DNA of 64,000 bases from Lama guanicoe (lineage: Eukaryota), in the NCBI GenBank assembly GCA_013239625.1, contig MU054187.1:496001-560000 (forward strand). The letters run 5' to 3'. Every line of letters begins with the position of its first letter. The stretch's first letter is position 1. The position numbers were made by a program, and so were the translations under genes. This document shows, piece by piece, positions 1 through 13,002 of the stretch. The notes below the pieces were generated by a model. It was not told the origin of the DNA. It saw only the letters and a list, made by a program, of their open reading frames with translations, and made no database searches.

Positions 1-186
1 GGCCCTCTCCCAGCCGTGGGCTGTGTTGGGGGGGGAGAGAATGCATTGGGGGCTCGGTGGTTAGACCTTGTCTCACGCCCCCTGCCCCGTGGAGAGGCCT
101 ATCTGCTCTCTCTTCTCTGAATCAGAGCTGACACCTCAGCTGGCCATGTGGGCAGTCACAGAGGGCGTCATTGTGGCCCTGGCCCC

Positions 187-1231
187 GGGCCAGTGCTGGG
201 TGCTCCTGGACCAGTGCTGGGTGCTCCTGGACCAGTGCTGGGTGCTCTCAGGCCAGTATTGGATGCTCCCGGGCCAGTGCTGGGTGCTCTCAGGCCAGTA
301 TTGGATGCTCCCGGGCCAGTGCTGGGTGCTCTCAGGCCAGTATTGGATGCTCCCGGGCCAGTGCTGGGTGCTCTCAGGCCAGTATTGGATGCTCCCGGGC
401 CAGTGCTGGGTGCTCTCAGGCCAGTATTGGATGCTCCCGGGCCAGTGCTGGGTGCTCTCAGGCCAGTATTGGATGCTCCCGGGCCAGTGCTGGGTGCTCT
501 CAGGCCAGTATTGGATGCTCCCGGGCCAGTGCTGGGTGCTCTCAGGCCAGTATTGGATGCTCCCGGGCCAGTGCTGGGTGCTCTCAGGCCAGTATTGGAT
601 GCTCCCGGGCCAGTGCTGGGTGCTCTCAGGCCAGTATTGGATGCTCCCGGGCCAGTGCTGGGTGCTCTCAGGCCAGTATTGGATGCTCCCGGGCCAGTGC
701 TGGGTGCTCTCAGGCCAGTATTGGATGCTCCCGGGCCAGTGCTGGGTGCTCTCAGGCCAGTATTGGATGCTCCCGGGCCAGTGCTGGGTGCTCTCAGGCC
801 AGTATTGGATGCTCCCGGGCCAGTGCTGGGTGCTCTCAGGCCAGTATTGGATGCTCCCGGGCCAGTGCTGGGTGCTCTCAGGCCAGTATTGGATGCTCCC
901 GGGCCAGTGCTGGGTGCTCTCAGGCCAGTATTGGATGCTCCCGGGCCAGTGCTGGGTGCTCTCAGGCCAGTATTGGATGCTCCCGGGCCAGTGCTGGGTG
1001 CTCTCAGGCCAGTATTGGATGCTCCCGGGCCAGTGCTGGGTGCTCTCAGGCCAGTATTGGATGCTCCCGGGCCAGTGCTGGGTGCTCTCAGGCCAGTATT
1101 GGATGCTCCCGGGCCAGTGCTGGGTGCTCTCAGGCCAGTATTGGATGCTCCCGGGCCAGTGCTGGGTGCTCCTGGGCCAGTGAGGGTGCTCTCAGGCCAG
1201 TGCTGGGTGCTCCTGGGCCAGTGCTGGGTGC
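187..1231. repeat. Minisatellite (VNTR): 21-bp monomers organised as a 42-bp dimer
   Basis: The unit GGGCCAGTGCTGGGTGCTCTC+AGGCCAGTATTGGATGCTCCC occurs as 21 identical copies at 271-1152, plus one near-identical copy at 229-270. Monomeric GG(G/A)CCAGTGCTGGGTGCTCCT variants flank both ends. Confidence 0.98.
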
Positions 1232-2434
1232 AGGCTGTGACGCGGAGCTGAGCGCCTGACTCTTGCGGCTGAAGATCTAGGTCTTACACAGGGTCAGGGC
1301 GGGCAGGTGAGGCGTCAGAACAGCTGGGCTGCATTTGGGGGAGTAGCAGACTCTGAGGGTCGTGTTGAAACAGCGTTGGTTCTCTCTCTTCTCCGTTTGT
1401 CCAGAGAGAGGCCACCTGGGCTGGTGCAGACACTGTGTCCCGGCTCCTTTGAGCTTCCCGCTCCCCCTGGTCGGTTTGCCACTTTTGCCCTGACTCTGAG
1501 GGTGCCGGCTCCTCGTCCAGATGTCACTCTGTGTTCAGGCAGGGGGAGGAGCAGGAGGGAGGGTCCGCCGGCTGCGCTCGCTTGTCTGAGGAAGACCGTG
1601 GCCTTCCCAGTGGGCCCTGCGTGCAGTTCTGTTGCCTCCCTGACGGCCCGGCTGTCCGGCCACAGAGCTTGCTGCTGTGAGAAGCAAGCAGAGGAAGGAC
1701 TGTGGTGCGTTCCAGCAGAGTTCCCGCGACTCTGTCGTTTCGGGTGCCAGTTACACAGGGATGCAAACACGGCAGTTACACATGCGTGCCTTCTCTTGCG
1801 AGGGTCGTCCACGATGTGGACCTCAGCGGGCGGCCGGGGGCTCTGCGGGGTGGGCCGGGCCCCAGAGACCTGCGTTGGGAAGGGCCGCCCACGGCGGGGG
1901 GGGCGGTGGCACGGCTCCGGAAGCTGGCGAGCTGGCGACTACTCACCAGGCTCTAGAAGTGCCAGATACAGCCAAAGAGTGGTTTGTTTCCCCCTGCAGC
2001 CCAGGGAGGAGGGGGCATCACGTGAAGTAGCCATGTTGCGTGGCCGATGGGCTTCCCGGTGACAGTGTGTCGTGGGTCAGACGTCGGGGTCCAGGAAGTC
2101 CACCTGTCCATCCCTCAGCAGCCAGGCCACACCTGAAGCCGGGTGTCCGGATTCTAAGCTCAGGCCATGTCTGTCCCAGGGCCTCCTGCTCTATCCTGCC
2201 CCCTCATCCTCCTTCCCCGTTCCTGCTCTAGGCCTGGGGACTTGGAGCAACTTGAGAGAGGGGACCTCAGGAGGAACTGCATTTCGTATCCCCTAACTCG
2301 AGGAGAAGCCCTGGGAGACACCCCCGCACCCCGGCGTGTGCAGCCTGGGCCTGTGAGACTGGCCCTTCCCCCGCCGGTCTCCTCCCCGTGGGGTTCCTCG
2401 GAGCCCCCGCCTGCCCCCCAGCGCCACCACCCAC

Positions 2435-2710
2435 CTTTACTGTGGTGTGGCTCCTGTACAGTAAATGGCACATATTTCAGGTGTGCAGCTGGATGAACTC
2501 CGGCAGATGTGCACACCCATGAAACCGCCACCACAAGCTTCACTCCATCTGAAAGCACGCTCACTGCTCATTGCAGAACTCGTATCTTATGTGTTGTGCG
2601 TGTTTTTGTATCTATCTAGAGAGAAGTTCACAGAAGCAAATCAAAGTCAGACAAGACCCCACTGTGTGGAAGGGGTCACTCCGTTCACTTGCTGACTGAA
2701 TACTATTCCG
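2435..2710 (-). mobile_element. Old LINE-1 (L1MC/L1MD-like) 3' end fragment
   Basis: CTTTACTGTGGTGTGG...AGTAAATGGCACATATTTCAGGTGTGCAG...CACACCCATGAAACCGCCACCACAA resembles the antisense 3' terminus of L1MC-type elements (remembered consensus). Confidence 0.6.
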
Positions 2711-5700
2711 GAACCTTCCTGTGTGTCTGAGACACGCAGCTGTAGGAGGGTCGTATCGACGTGAATAAAATGATTTGGTGTTAGGCCTGGTAGTCCTTCG
2801 ATGACAGTCTGTCCTGGGCCTCCATCTGTGCTGTAAACAGCTCGGCACCGCTAGTCTTTGGTGGTTGGAGCAGGCCGCCTGCTGCGTGGACGGCTCCTGC
2901 ACACCCGCTCCTGCTCCCCGGGGCAGGGACCCACCGCCCGGCTTGTTCGGGTGGTCGCTATCAGAACATGTGACAGAGCTGAAACTTGGAACTGGAGCGC
3001 TCGGAAACAGCCTCCGGAGAGAGCAGCTGGGACGAGGAGTGTGTGCACGCTTCCAGCGCACCTCGCGGTCTGGAGTCTCCCAAGTCAGAGTGGAGCCTGG
3101 GGCCGCCCGGCTGGGGCCGGGCAGCGCGATGGGACTGGCCTCGGCGACCCCGAGGACCCGCTTCGTGCACCTCTTCCATTCGTGTTTGTGTCAGGCTGAC
3201 GTCAGATGCCACACGCGGAGCTGTGGGGCCCGGTATTTGCACTCTGCTCCCCTGGTTTTCTTGGGGATGGAAGAGCCACGGTCAACACAGGGCGTGGGCT
3301 CAGCTCAGAGAGGCCAGAGCGGGCGTGGGGGTAGGCGGTGCACCAGCCCCGACCGCGTCCTCCACCCCGCCGGCGCGGGGGCAGCTCTGTGGCTCAGGAG
3401 CACCCCCTCCTGGGTGGTGGGGATGCGGGAGCCCTGGGCGCAGAGGGGAGGCAGGCAAGCACTGGTACACGAGGGTTTCTGGGGAAAGGCTTTCAGAAGA
3501 AAGGCTCTGGGTCCCCAGAGCTCACTTACCTTGTTGTGATTTCTTGTTCTGGTAAAATTTCAGCGTAACTTTATATTGTAACTGTGTGTTCCTTTTCCTA
3601 ACAAAGGGCTCCCACCTGCCTAACATTTTGAGCCTGGAGCCCACACACGACGTTTGGTCCGAGCCGTCGTGACACGCTGTGCTCCAGGGGGCCGGTTCCG
3701 ACAGCCTGACCGCACGTGGCGCCTCCCGGGCCCTCAGGGTCCACACTGTCAGCAGCAGCCTGTGCGTGCTGTTCCAGAGGGTGAACCCCCAGGAAGAGCC
3801 CTTTTCCTGAGCCTGCCGGGGGGTGCAGTGCTGCCGAGAGCCCCACCTGTGGGCCCGTGCTGCCCCCACCCGGGTCGGGCCTGTCGCCCGGCTGGCCCGG
3901 GCACCCTGATCCTCGGGGCGCCGCAGTGCGGGCCGGGCTCCGTGGGTCTGACGTAGGAGCCTGGGTCCCTGGAAGCTGGAGTCTGTGCTGTGGACGAGGT
4001 CGCGGCCGAGGCTGCTGGGCTGGGCCTCAGACCGGAAGGAGGGCAACGCCGAGTCCTCCTCGCAGGACGAAGCCCACGCCCCGCGGGCGCAGAGGTCCTG
4101 CACAGACGGCCGCTGCCCCTGCGTCGTCCTCCCCGCACGAGGACGCAGCACCGCCCGCAGGGCAGTCGGCACCTCAGCGGTCCGGGGCTCTTCTGAAGCC
4201 TTCGCACAGCGTGTGCTTAAAACAAATAGTGAAATAGTCGTCTCCTTTAAGACAGAAGTGACGTTCTCTGCAGGCCCTCTCCTGCTCCCAGAGCAACTCC
4301 TATTCTCGGTGAGCTTGGTTCAGTTTGAAAGGGAAAAGAAGCCAGAATTTCAGACCTGTCCCCCATCCCGCCATGGAGGCCCTTGCTTGCCGAGTGAACG
4401 CACCTCTGCCTGAAGACAGCTGCTCTCAGACGCGTGTCCGGGACGGCCGGCTCCTGCGGCGGATGCTTGGCTCTGAGGCACATTGTCAGGCCTGCCTTCC
4501 CACATATGCACTCGGGGCTGCCTGCCAGGCAGTCCTAAAGTCCCTCAGGGCTTTGTCCCTCGGGAGAGTAAAGAGCGGGTGAGTGACTGCAGCCTCCATC
4601 CGCCTGGCGCCTTGGATGTGCAGGCAGGGAGGAGGTGGCCCCTCTCTGGATGGGGGTTCACGGGCCTGCATTTTTATCAGCCGCAGGCTCGCAGCCCCCT
4701 CCTCCGGGACGGTCGTTCCCTGACTTGCCGGAGTCTTCCTGAACTTTCAGCTCCACCCTCGGTGACCCTGCTGCCCGAGCCCAGAGCTTGGCGCCAGACT
4801 GACCCACTCCCGCGACGCCAGACCCGGGGCCCCTGAGGGGGGATCTCAGGCTTCCCTCGCCCCCTCCCCGGGAGACCTCAGAGGTCTGCATACTGAGGCC
4901 GCTGGCCTTGCAGGGGCTGAGACAGAGACGCCCCCAAGTCCTGGCTGGCCCCCCCGGCCTCAGTGCTGGGCTGCGGTTTGGTGGACAGAAGGTTAGGTTC
5001 TGTTCAGCTGCGGTGGCGGCCAGCTTTTCTTCCCTCCAGTTTTCAATGTAGCCAAGGCCTCTGTTTTCACAAATTATGGTACATAAATTACTGAGAAAAC
5101 TAAGTAAAAAACAAGGGCATACCAAGGACAACTTGAGTCGTTTGTCTTCAGAGCCAGCACACGTGTGACAGATTGCTGCGAGGCTTCTCAGTGTTTCCTC
5201 TCCGTTTCTGCTGCAGACCACGCACTGCCGTTGTGTGACCGCCTCCTCCTGAGTCGTGCAGGGTCCTGGAGTGTGTATACGTGTGTGTACGTGTGAGTGT
5301 GTGTGAGTGTGTACATGTGAGGGGAGGGGCACTTCGGCTGGGCGGGGAGGAGCCCGTGTGGGACGCGTAGGTCTGTGTAACTGGTGCCGGCAGTGACACA
5401 CACCCGGGGCAGGTGCACAGAGAAAGTCCTGGGAACAGACCAGGCAGCCGGGCCAGGAGACTGAGCAGGGCGCCTGCGCCGTGGCTGCACCCAGCGCGAC
5501 GGGCCGTGTGCAGGCCCAGGCCAGATGGGTGTCCCCAGCCCGTCCTCCCAGCCCTGAGAGGACGGTTCGTCAGCCCTGTTTTATGGCCAGGACACTCAAA
5601 ACCCTGAGCACGTGCCCAGGAGGCAGGGCCGGAACCGAGCCATTCACTGTGGCCCCAGGAACGCCTGCTCCTTTGAGACGAGTGTCGTGTTGACTCTTGT

Positions 5701-8700
5701 TGGAAGAGGGTCAACTGGAGGGGTACTTTCCAGGCCCGCCCTGGTGGTGTGATCTAATTATAGGTGAATTATCTGGGTAAACATTTTGTAACTGCTCAGT
5801 GTTGTCCAAGCATGTCCTTCTTTGCAGGAATTGGCAGGCAGCGGCCACGAGGATGTTTTTAGTGTTCCTTGTCTATTTAAATGAGATGAAAAACATTTTC
5901 TGAAATTTTTTACTTGACCTGGACTGGAGGCTCTGTTTTCCATCTTCTGGAAGCTTCTGGACTGTGCAGCGTCCTCTTAAGACCCTCTTAGAAACCTGCT
6001 TTCACTCCAGGTCAGCCAGTGGGTCCCCCGTGGGAAGTCCAGGCTCTCTCTGGCGGGCACTCAGCCCACCCTGGACGGCGGTGCTGGAGGGGCTTCTCCG
6101 GACTTGTCTGGTCGCCGTGGCAGCTGGCCGCCCCCCGTCTGGACATCTGGAACGCCTCACTGAAGAGGAGAGAGGGTTAGATGTTTCCAAGATTTTTATC
6201 TGCTGAGTAATCCATCCTCTGGACCTTCGGCTAATCTTGATTGTGAAGTGATCACGTTTGATCTCCTGCGTGCTCAGCCTCATCCTGTTGACGATGGTGC
6301 TCTGGTTGTGATGATTTATTGGCTGTGATAAATCCCTAGCTATGCCTTGAATCTTCGATTCTTGATGAGTACTTGGTCAGTTGGTGGATGGATGTTCTTA
6401 TAAAGCTTACTGGTGAGAGAGTCCACGTGTGAGATCATGAGTGTGGGCAGAATTGTCGATTCGAGGTGAAGTGGCTCAGGGGGCACCACTGTGTTTTCCA
6501 GTTTGTTAGTGGGAAACTATTTTGTCCGTTTTTTAGTGCTTGGTACAGAAAAGGACTGACGAATGGTGGGTGCTGTTACCACGAGTGTGTTTGGGGTGAA
6601 ACGGGACTTCTTTATCTCCCTGGTGCCCCAGTGGACAGCGTTTTCCTGAGGGAAAGAGCCTCTGCTCCAGAAGTGTGACGCTGTCCTGGTCTGCCTCCAG
6701 ACACTGAAGATGTTCTGTGGCCGAAATTTGCTGCAAAGTGTTCCACGCTCTGGGAAGGAGGCGATACTTCTCTTGTAAAACAGACCGTGCTTTCCAGAGC
6801 TAGGGGTTTCCTCCTGTCAAAGGAAGCAGTGGCAAACGGTCACCCGCCTCTCTGATCACAGCCCGCGCCCGCGGCCCCTGCTCCCTGCACTGCTGCGGGC
6901 GGGGCCTGGGGACCCGGTGCGACACCCTTTTGAGAGTGCTGTGCCCCCAACCTCGGTCGCCGGCCCCCAGGCTGGTCGCCTGCTACAAAGGCAGGTGCTG
7001 TCACCTCGGCTGTGTCGGGAGGCGGGTCACGCCCTGCCCACCACCCCCTCCTTTCTGCCATCTGTCAGGCTGGTGCCCGTCCTTCTTCCTTACTTGGATC
7101 CCGAGTTCTGGGTTGAAGGCAGGGGCTTCACATGGGAGGAGGATGCGTGAACAGCAGGTGGGTGGAGGCCTGGGGAGGCAGGCAGAGGGGGGAGGGGCTG
7201 GGAGGGGCTCTTACTCTGGTGACGTGGAGGGCCGTGTCCCCTGACGCTGTCCATCAGGTCCAGAGCCGTGGTCAGTAGTCAGGAAATGCATCCCAGCCCT
7301 CGTGCCCGGTGCCTGCGTGGCCAGCGGGGGCCCTGGGGCGTCATGTGGCTGTGTCCCCCGCCCCACCCCCACCCGGCCCCGTCTCCAGAACCTCGGCTGC
7401 TCCGGGGCCAGGCCGCCCTCGGGGGAGGGGAGGTGCCTGGCATGCGGCTCAGCCCAGATCTGCAGTATCAGCAGCTCCTCATCGGTCGGGGACCAGAGCC
7501 AGCTCTCAAACAAGCATTTCCTGCGCCCGCGTGTGTGCTGTGCTGCCTCTGTTTACGAAGGCCATGTCAGCGGCACCGATTTACATAAACAGTGCTGGCC
7601 GGACGCTGCGCCGTCCGCAGAGCGGCTGAGCACAGACGGCATCCCACGGTCTTAAGTCATGCTGTCTAAACACAGCAGACGTTGGTGAAGCGAGCCAACA
7701 GGAAGTACAGCAAAGGAGAGCATTGCAGGGGGCTTGGTTCAGATGCACTCCAGATTGACCAAACGCTACGCCATTAGCGGGCTGGACCCTGCAGTGTCAC
7801 ACTGGGCGCCCACAGAGTGAGCTTCCAGGCGGTGGAGGCGCTGGCCGAGTGCAGGTTGCCTGTGGGTGCGGTGGCTCCGGCGTGTGGCCCCGTCACCTGC
7901 CGGGCTGTGTACTGGCACGTGCTGCCGAGTGGCGGCCTCAGTCCTGGGCTCACGGAGACGCAGAGCCCGCCCGCTGGGGAGGCCCGTGTCCACTCTTCCT
8001 CTGGGCCACGAGGGTCCTCGGGCAGCAGCCGTCCCAGCATGGGACGCAGTCTTGTCCCCGTGGGCCGAGCGACTGATGTGGAACTTCTCATAAGTGTGAT
8101 TCAGGGAATCAGATGTGACAGCCCAAGGGGTGTGGCTGCAGGTGGTGGACGAGGACTTGATGAGTTCTCACGCTTTATACTGGCCACCAGGAAGAACCTT
8201 TCAAAGGGTTTTGGCAAAATCCTGCCAATGAGTCATTCAGATCAGACCGGAATGAGCAGCGGGGGCAACGCCTTCCATCGTGAGGGATGACGCAATCCGC
8301 GTGGGTGCGGGAGTGAGCCTTCGTACTGGGGTCCCAGAAAGCGGTGGGGCAGAGTATTGCACCGCTGCCTTTAGACGAACACCTGGGCTCAGGGAAGGAG
8401 CCTTTGGCATGAGCTGTGAGTGCCGTGGAGCCCGGGGGGCTCTGGACTGGTGACCCCTGGGGGCACGGGCACACATAGTGCAGGGAGCCCCAGGGTCCTT
8501 CCTGGGATTCTGTGGTCCGAGCGCGGCCGGCGGCTGGAGCGGGCCTGGGCTCAGCCGCCCTCAGTGCTGGGGCGGCCCGTGTGCTTAAGGGGCTTCCCGC
8601 TGCCATGTGGTCTTTATGTCCGTATGTGAAATGGCGACATCAGCACTCACGGCACTGGGTTGCTTTAAAGACTCAAACTCCACAGAGCTCTTAAACCAGA

Positions 8701-9049
8701 GCGGATCACACGGTAAATACCCTGGAAATGCAGCTGTCACGGTTGTGGCTGAGACTGTGGCTCTGTTTCTCACCAAGTCACTCGACCAGCCTTGGTCAGG
8801 GGGCGGATCAGAGCTGTCAGGAACTCCTGGTGGCCCGGCGATCATCTGAAGTCCTTCTAGCTGACGGAGGGCTGAGTCTGGGGGCAGAGACTACCACCTG
8901 GGTGTGGAGCCCTGACCACAGCAGGGACGGGAGACGGGACTCACTCCTTTGGACTCCTGTCCTCAGACAGCGCGTGGAGCACTGCTCCTTTGTAGAGGGG
9001 AGGAGGGGCCAGTTCTACAGATGTTGGTGTTTGATGCAACGGCACATTC

Positions 9050-9125
9050 AGGTCCATGCTGTAGGTGGGGAAAGAAAGACCAGAGAGGCCCAGTGACTTC
9101 TCCAAGGTCACAAGGCTGGGCTCGG
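9050..9125 (-). mobile_element. MIR SINE core fragment
   Basis: CAGAGAGGCCCAGTGACTTCTCCAAGGTCACA resembles the MIR core CAGAGAGGTTAAGTGACTTGCCCAAGGTCACA. Confidence 0.5.
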
Positions 9126-11427
9126 CTCCCGTCTGCACTGCCTTTTTCAGGTGGACTTCAGTGGTCTCTGAGCCAAGGAGCCGCTCGCTCCGCTGCTGGC
9201 AGGAAAGGCCATGGGGTTTCTCCCAAGCAGGTGACGGGTTCAGTAGCTTTCGCAGTGTTGTCAGAAATCAGCTGGATGTGATGTGTGAGTGTACGCCTGG
9301 GTTCTTCGGCCTGCCCCCATGGTCTGTGTGTCTGTCCCTTCGCCACCACCACACGGCCTTGCTCACTGTGTGTGCAAGTCCTAACGTTGGAGCCTGATTC
9401 CTCCCACCTCAGTCTGTTCCAAGACTGTAGCTGTTCTAGTTCTTTTGTCATTTCATATACATTTTTGAATGACTTTGTTTATATATACAAAAATCTTGCT
9501 GAAATTATAATGAGGTCTTCAATATTTGAGTCTTCCAGTCCACGAACACCATTTATCTCTGTTTATTTAAATTATCTTTGATTTCTTCATCAGCATTTGT
9601 AATTTCTCTCCTACAAGTATGTTCTGTTACAAGTATTCATCTGTTTGTGACCGGTCACAAATGGTATTTATAATCTAAGGATCCAGGTGTTTATTGTTAC
9701 TGTACAGAAGTACAATTGATTTCTCTGTGCTTTATTCTCTGTCCAGTGGCCTTGCTGAGCTCACATGTCAGCTCCAGGACGCTTTTGCTTTCCTTCGGAC
9801 TCACTGAGCTTGTCTGTGTAGGCCGTCACGTGCTCCGCAAGCGGGCACAGTCTTACGCTTCCTGCCCTGGTCTGTGCACCCGTCAGTTCCCTTCTCCTGC
9901 CGTGTCGCACTGGCTCGAGCTCCCAGCACCGTGCTGAGGAAGAGTGGGCATCTGTGTCTTGCTCGCTGTCTCGGGAGGCAAGAGCTCGTTCACCGCGAGG
10001 TGTGGTGTTAGGGTTTTGCGGTTGTTCTGTAACAAGTAGAGGCAGTTTCTATTTTTGTCTTTCTGAGATTAAAACAGATCGTGAATGGGTACTGAATTTT
10101 ACCAACTGGCTTTTCTGTATACAATCAGGTGATTTTCTTGATTAGTCTGTGAATATGGTGGATCGCAACGATTACATTTAAAAGTACTGAACCAGCTTTG
10201 CATCCTTGAATTAAAACCCACTTGTCATTGTGTGTAGTTCTTTTTACGTATTGCAGAATTCTGTTTGCTAGTACTTTTAAAGGATTTTTACGCTTACATT
10301 CATAGGGGATGTTAGGCTGTGGTTTTCTTCAGTGGCGTTTGTCTGGTTTTGAACTTAGACGTGTCCCCCTCCCTTCTGGGATGGTTATGTAGAACTGGTA
10401 GTAATTCTGCTTTAGGTACTTGGCAGGTTCTGCAGTGGCACCGCGGGGACCTGAGGTTTCTTTTCTGGGAGTTGCTATTTATAAATCAGATTTTCTTAAT
10501 AGTCACAGAGTATTTAGAGGATTTACTTCGTATTGAGTGAGTTGTGGTAGCTTGTGTTTTTCGAGGAATTGCCCCACTTCATCTCACTTGCCACATGCGT
10601 GTCTGCAGGGCTGCAGTCTCCTTGGGTGTCTGTGGGGAGGGGGACCCCCGGTTCCTTCCCGGTAGCGCTGTTGGTGCTTCCTTCCTTTCTTCTTTAAAAG
10701 TTTTGCTGGAGGTCTGTTAGTTTTGTTGATCTTGTCAACATACCAGCTCTGTTCACTGATGTCATCTATTATTTAAAAAATTTTCATTGATTTCTGCTTT
10801 TATCATTATTCTTTCTTTTCCGCTGCTTGCTTTCAGTTTATTTTGTTCTTTCCTAGGTTCTTGAGGTGAGAGATTAAACTATTGGTTTGGAACGTTCCTT
10901 TTTTCAAATGTATGTGTCTAGTTAACATCTGTTTCCTTTCTGGCACTGGTTTGGTTGTGTCCCACAAATTTTGATATGTTGTATTTTCAGTTTCATTGGG
11001 TTCAATGTATTTTTAAAATTTCCTTGAAATCCTTTTTGACCCATGGGCTTTTAGAAGTGTTACAGGGCTTTTAGTTTCCAAGTGTTTGGCTCTTTTTGTG
11101 TTAATGATCTCTGGTTTGCAAACATTGGGGTCACAAAATGTGTGATTTCAATTCTTTAAAGTTTGTTGAAGTTTTGTAAATGGCACACAGGCTGTGGTCT
11201 CTCCTGGTGTGTCTTCTCTGGGTCCTTGGAAGACCTGTGTTCCGTTGTTGTGGGGCGGAGACTTCTGCAAGCAGTGCTTAGAACCTGTGTGTTAGTGGTG
11301 ACCTTAGTATCTTCCACGTCTTTGCGGATTTTCTAATTGTTTTAACGATTGCTGAGAAACAGGTGTTGAAGCCCCCAACTGTGAGCATGGATTGCTTATG
11401 TCTTCTCCCAGCTCTGTCTGTTTTTCT

Positions 11428-11643
11428 TCACATATTTGTGGCTGTGTTGTTTGGTGCACACACGTTTACAGTTTCCTTGTCTTCCTGGTGGAATGACCCT
11501 TTTATCATTATGTAATGTCCTTCTTTGTCTCTGGTGACTTTCTTCGCTCTGAAGCCCACTTTGTTAGAAATCAGTATAGTCACTCCCGCGGTCCTTTGGT
11601 TCATGTTTGCCTGATACATTTTTGTACTTCCTTTTACTGTCAA
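11428..11643 (-). pseudogene. L1 ORF2 endonuclease (APE) domain remnant
   Basis: KMYQANMNQRTAGVTILISNKVGFRAKKVTRDKEGHYIMIKGSFHQEDKETVNVCAPN matches the L1 EN motifs AGVAILISDK, RDKEGHYIMIKGSI.QED and N.YAPN. Confidence 0.92.
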
Positions 11644-12795
11644 TGTGATTGCGCCGTTAGTTTGAAGTGAGTGTCTTGTAGACGGCGTATGGCTGAGTTA
11701 CGTTTAGACCGTTTGTATTTAATGTACTTATTAGTATCTTAGGGGTTAAGACTGTCGTTATATTTTTTGGTTCCTGTTTGTTTTCCCTGTTCTGGATTTC
11801 TTGGCTTCCTTTCACATTCCTTCCTGTGGCTCCCTGAACATTTGCTGAGACTTGTGTTTTGATCACCAGTAGTGGCTTTGAGTGTGTCTCTTTATGTGGC
11901 GTTTTCAGTGTTCTGCTCCGTGGGACACATGTCATGGCTTTTCACAGGCCACTGTGCTGTCATTTTGTCAGTTGGAATGACTTGTAGAAACTGTACTTCC
12001 AGCCCCACAGCCTCCCATTTTTATAATACAGTTACCTTCACTGTTTCCTCCGTATGTGTTTAGAACCATATCAGACTGTTAAAATTTTTGCTTCAACTGT
12101 ATAATAGAAAAACGCAACATGCTATGACATACTCAACAGGAGAAGAGTTCACTGTCTTTTCCCACATTTGTGCTTTGTTTGTTCTTTCTTCCTTCCTGAG
12201 GTCCCAAGATTCCCTCTTTTAACATTTCCTTTCTGTTTAGAGAAATTCCACTACCATTCTTTTAGTGCAGGCCTGCTGATGACGACTGCTCTTAGCTTTC
12301 CTTCATCTGAGGACCTTGTGGTCCCCCTTTCATTCCTCAAGGACTTTGTCACTGGGTGTAGAGTTCCCATTCGACTCTTCTTTTCTCTTAGCTCTTGAAT
12401 CACCTGGTGATTCTTCTGAACTCCTCTCCCCACTGAGAACTCTATGATCACGTGGCTTCCTTCCCACTACAGGTGGGTGTGGACTTTCTCTGAATTCTTT
12501 CAAGGATTTTCTTCACCTTAGTTTTCACAAGTTTAATTACAAGAGGTCTTGGTGTTGACTTCTTTGGGTTTATCTTGTTTGGGATTCACTTAGTCTCTTG
12601 AATCTGTCAGCTGTGTCTTTTGCTAATGTGAGAAGTTTTTAGCAATTTTTTTTGCGGGGTAGTTTCAGACCCACCCATTTTCTTCTCCTACCAAGACTCT
12701 GGTGACACAAATGTTAGAGTCTTTGCTATAGTCTGAGGCTCTGGGTATCACATTTTTTTCAGTCTAATTTCTCTGTTATCCAGATTGGCTAAATT

Positions 12796-13002
12796 CTATC
12801 GATCTCTTCTCTGGTCCTGATTCCTTCCTCTGTGCCTTCTGTTTTGCTGTTGAGCATGTTCATTGAGTTTTTTAATTTCAGTTACATTTTTCAGTTCTAA
12901 AATTCCCATGTGGTTCTTCTTTCTTCTATTTCTTGCTGAGACGTTCTGTCTCTTTGCTGAGACTCTGTTTTTTATTGTTTCAAGTGCGTTGTTATTGCTC
13001 AT
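12796..13002 (-). pseudogene. L1 ORF1 coiled-coil remnant
   Basis: KKNHMGILELKNVTEIKK resembles the L1M ORF1 sequence KKNQMEILELKNTITEIKN. It lies upstream of the EN remnant in the expected order. Confidence 0.75.

Noticed and set aside
187-1231. CRISPR-like array
   Set aside because: There are no unique spacers, the units are directly tandem, and the context is mammalian.
68-1259. Three long overlapping ORFs (362-371 aa)
   Set aside because: They arise because the 42-bp repeat unit lacks stop codons in all plus frames. There is no domain similarity or other sign of coding.
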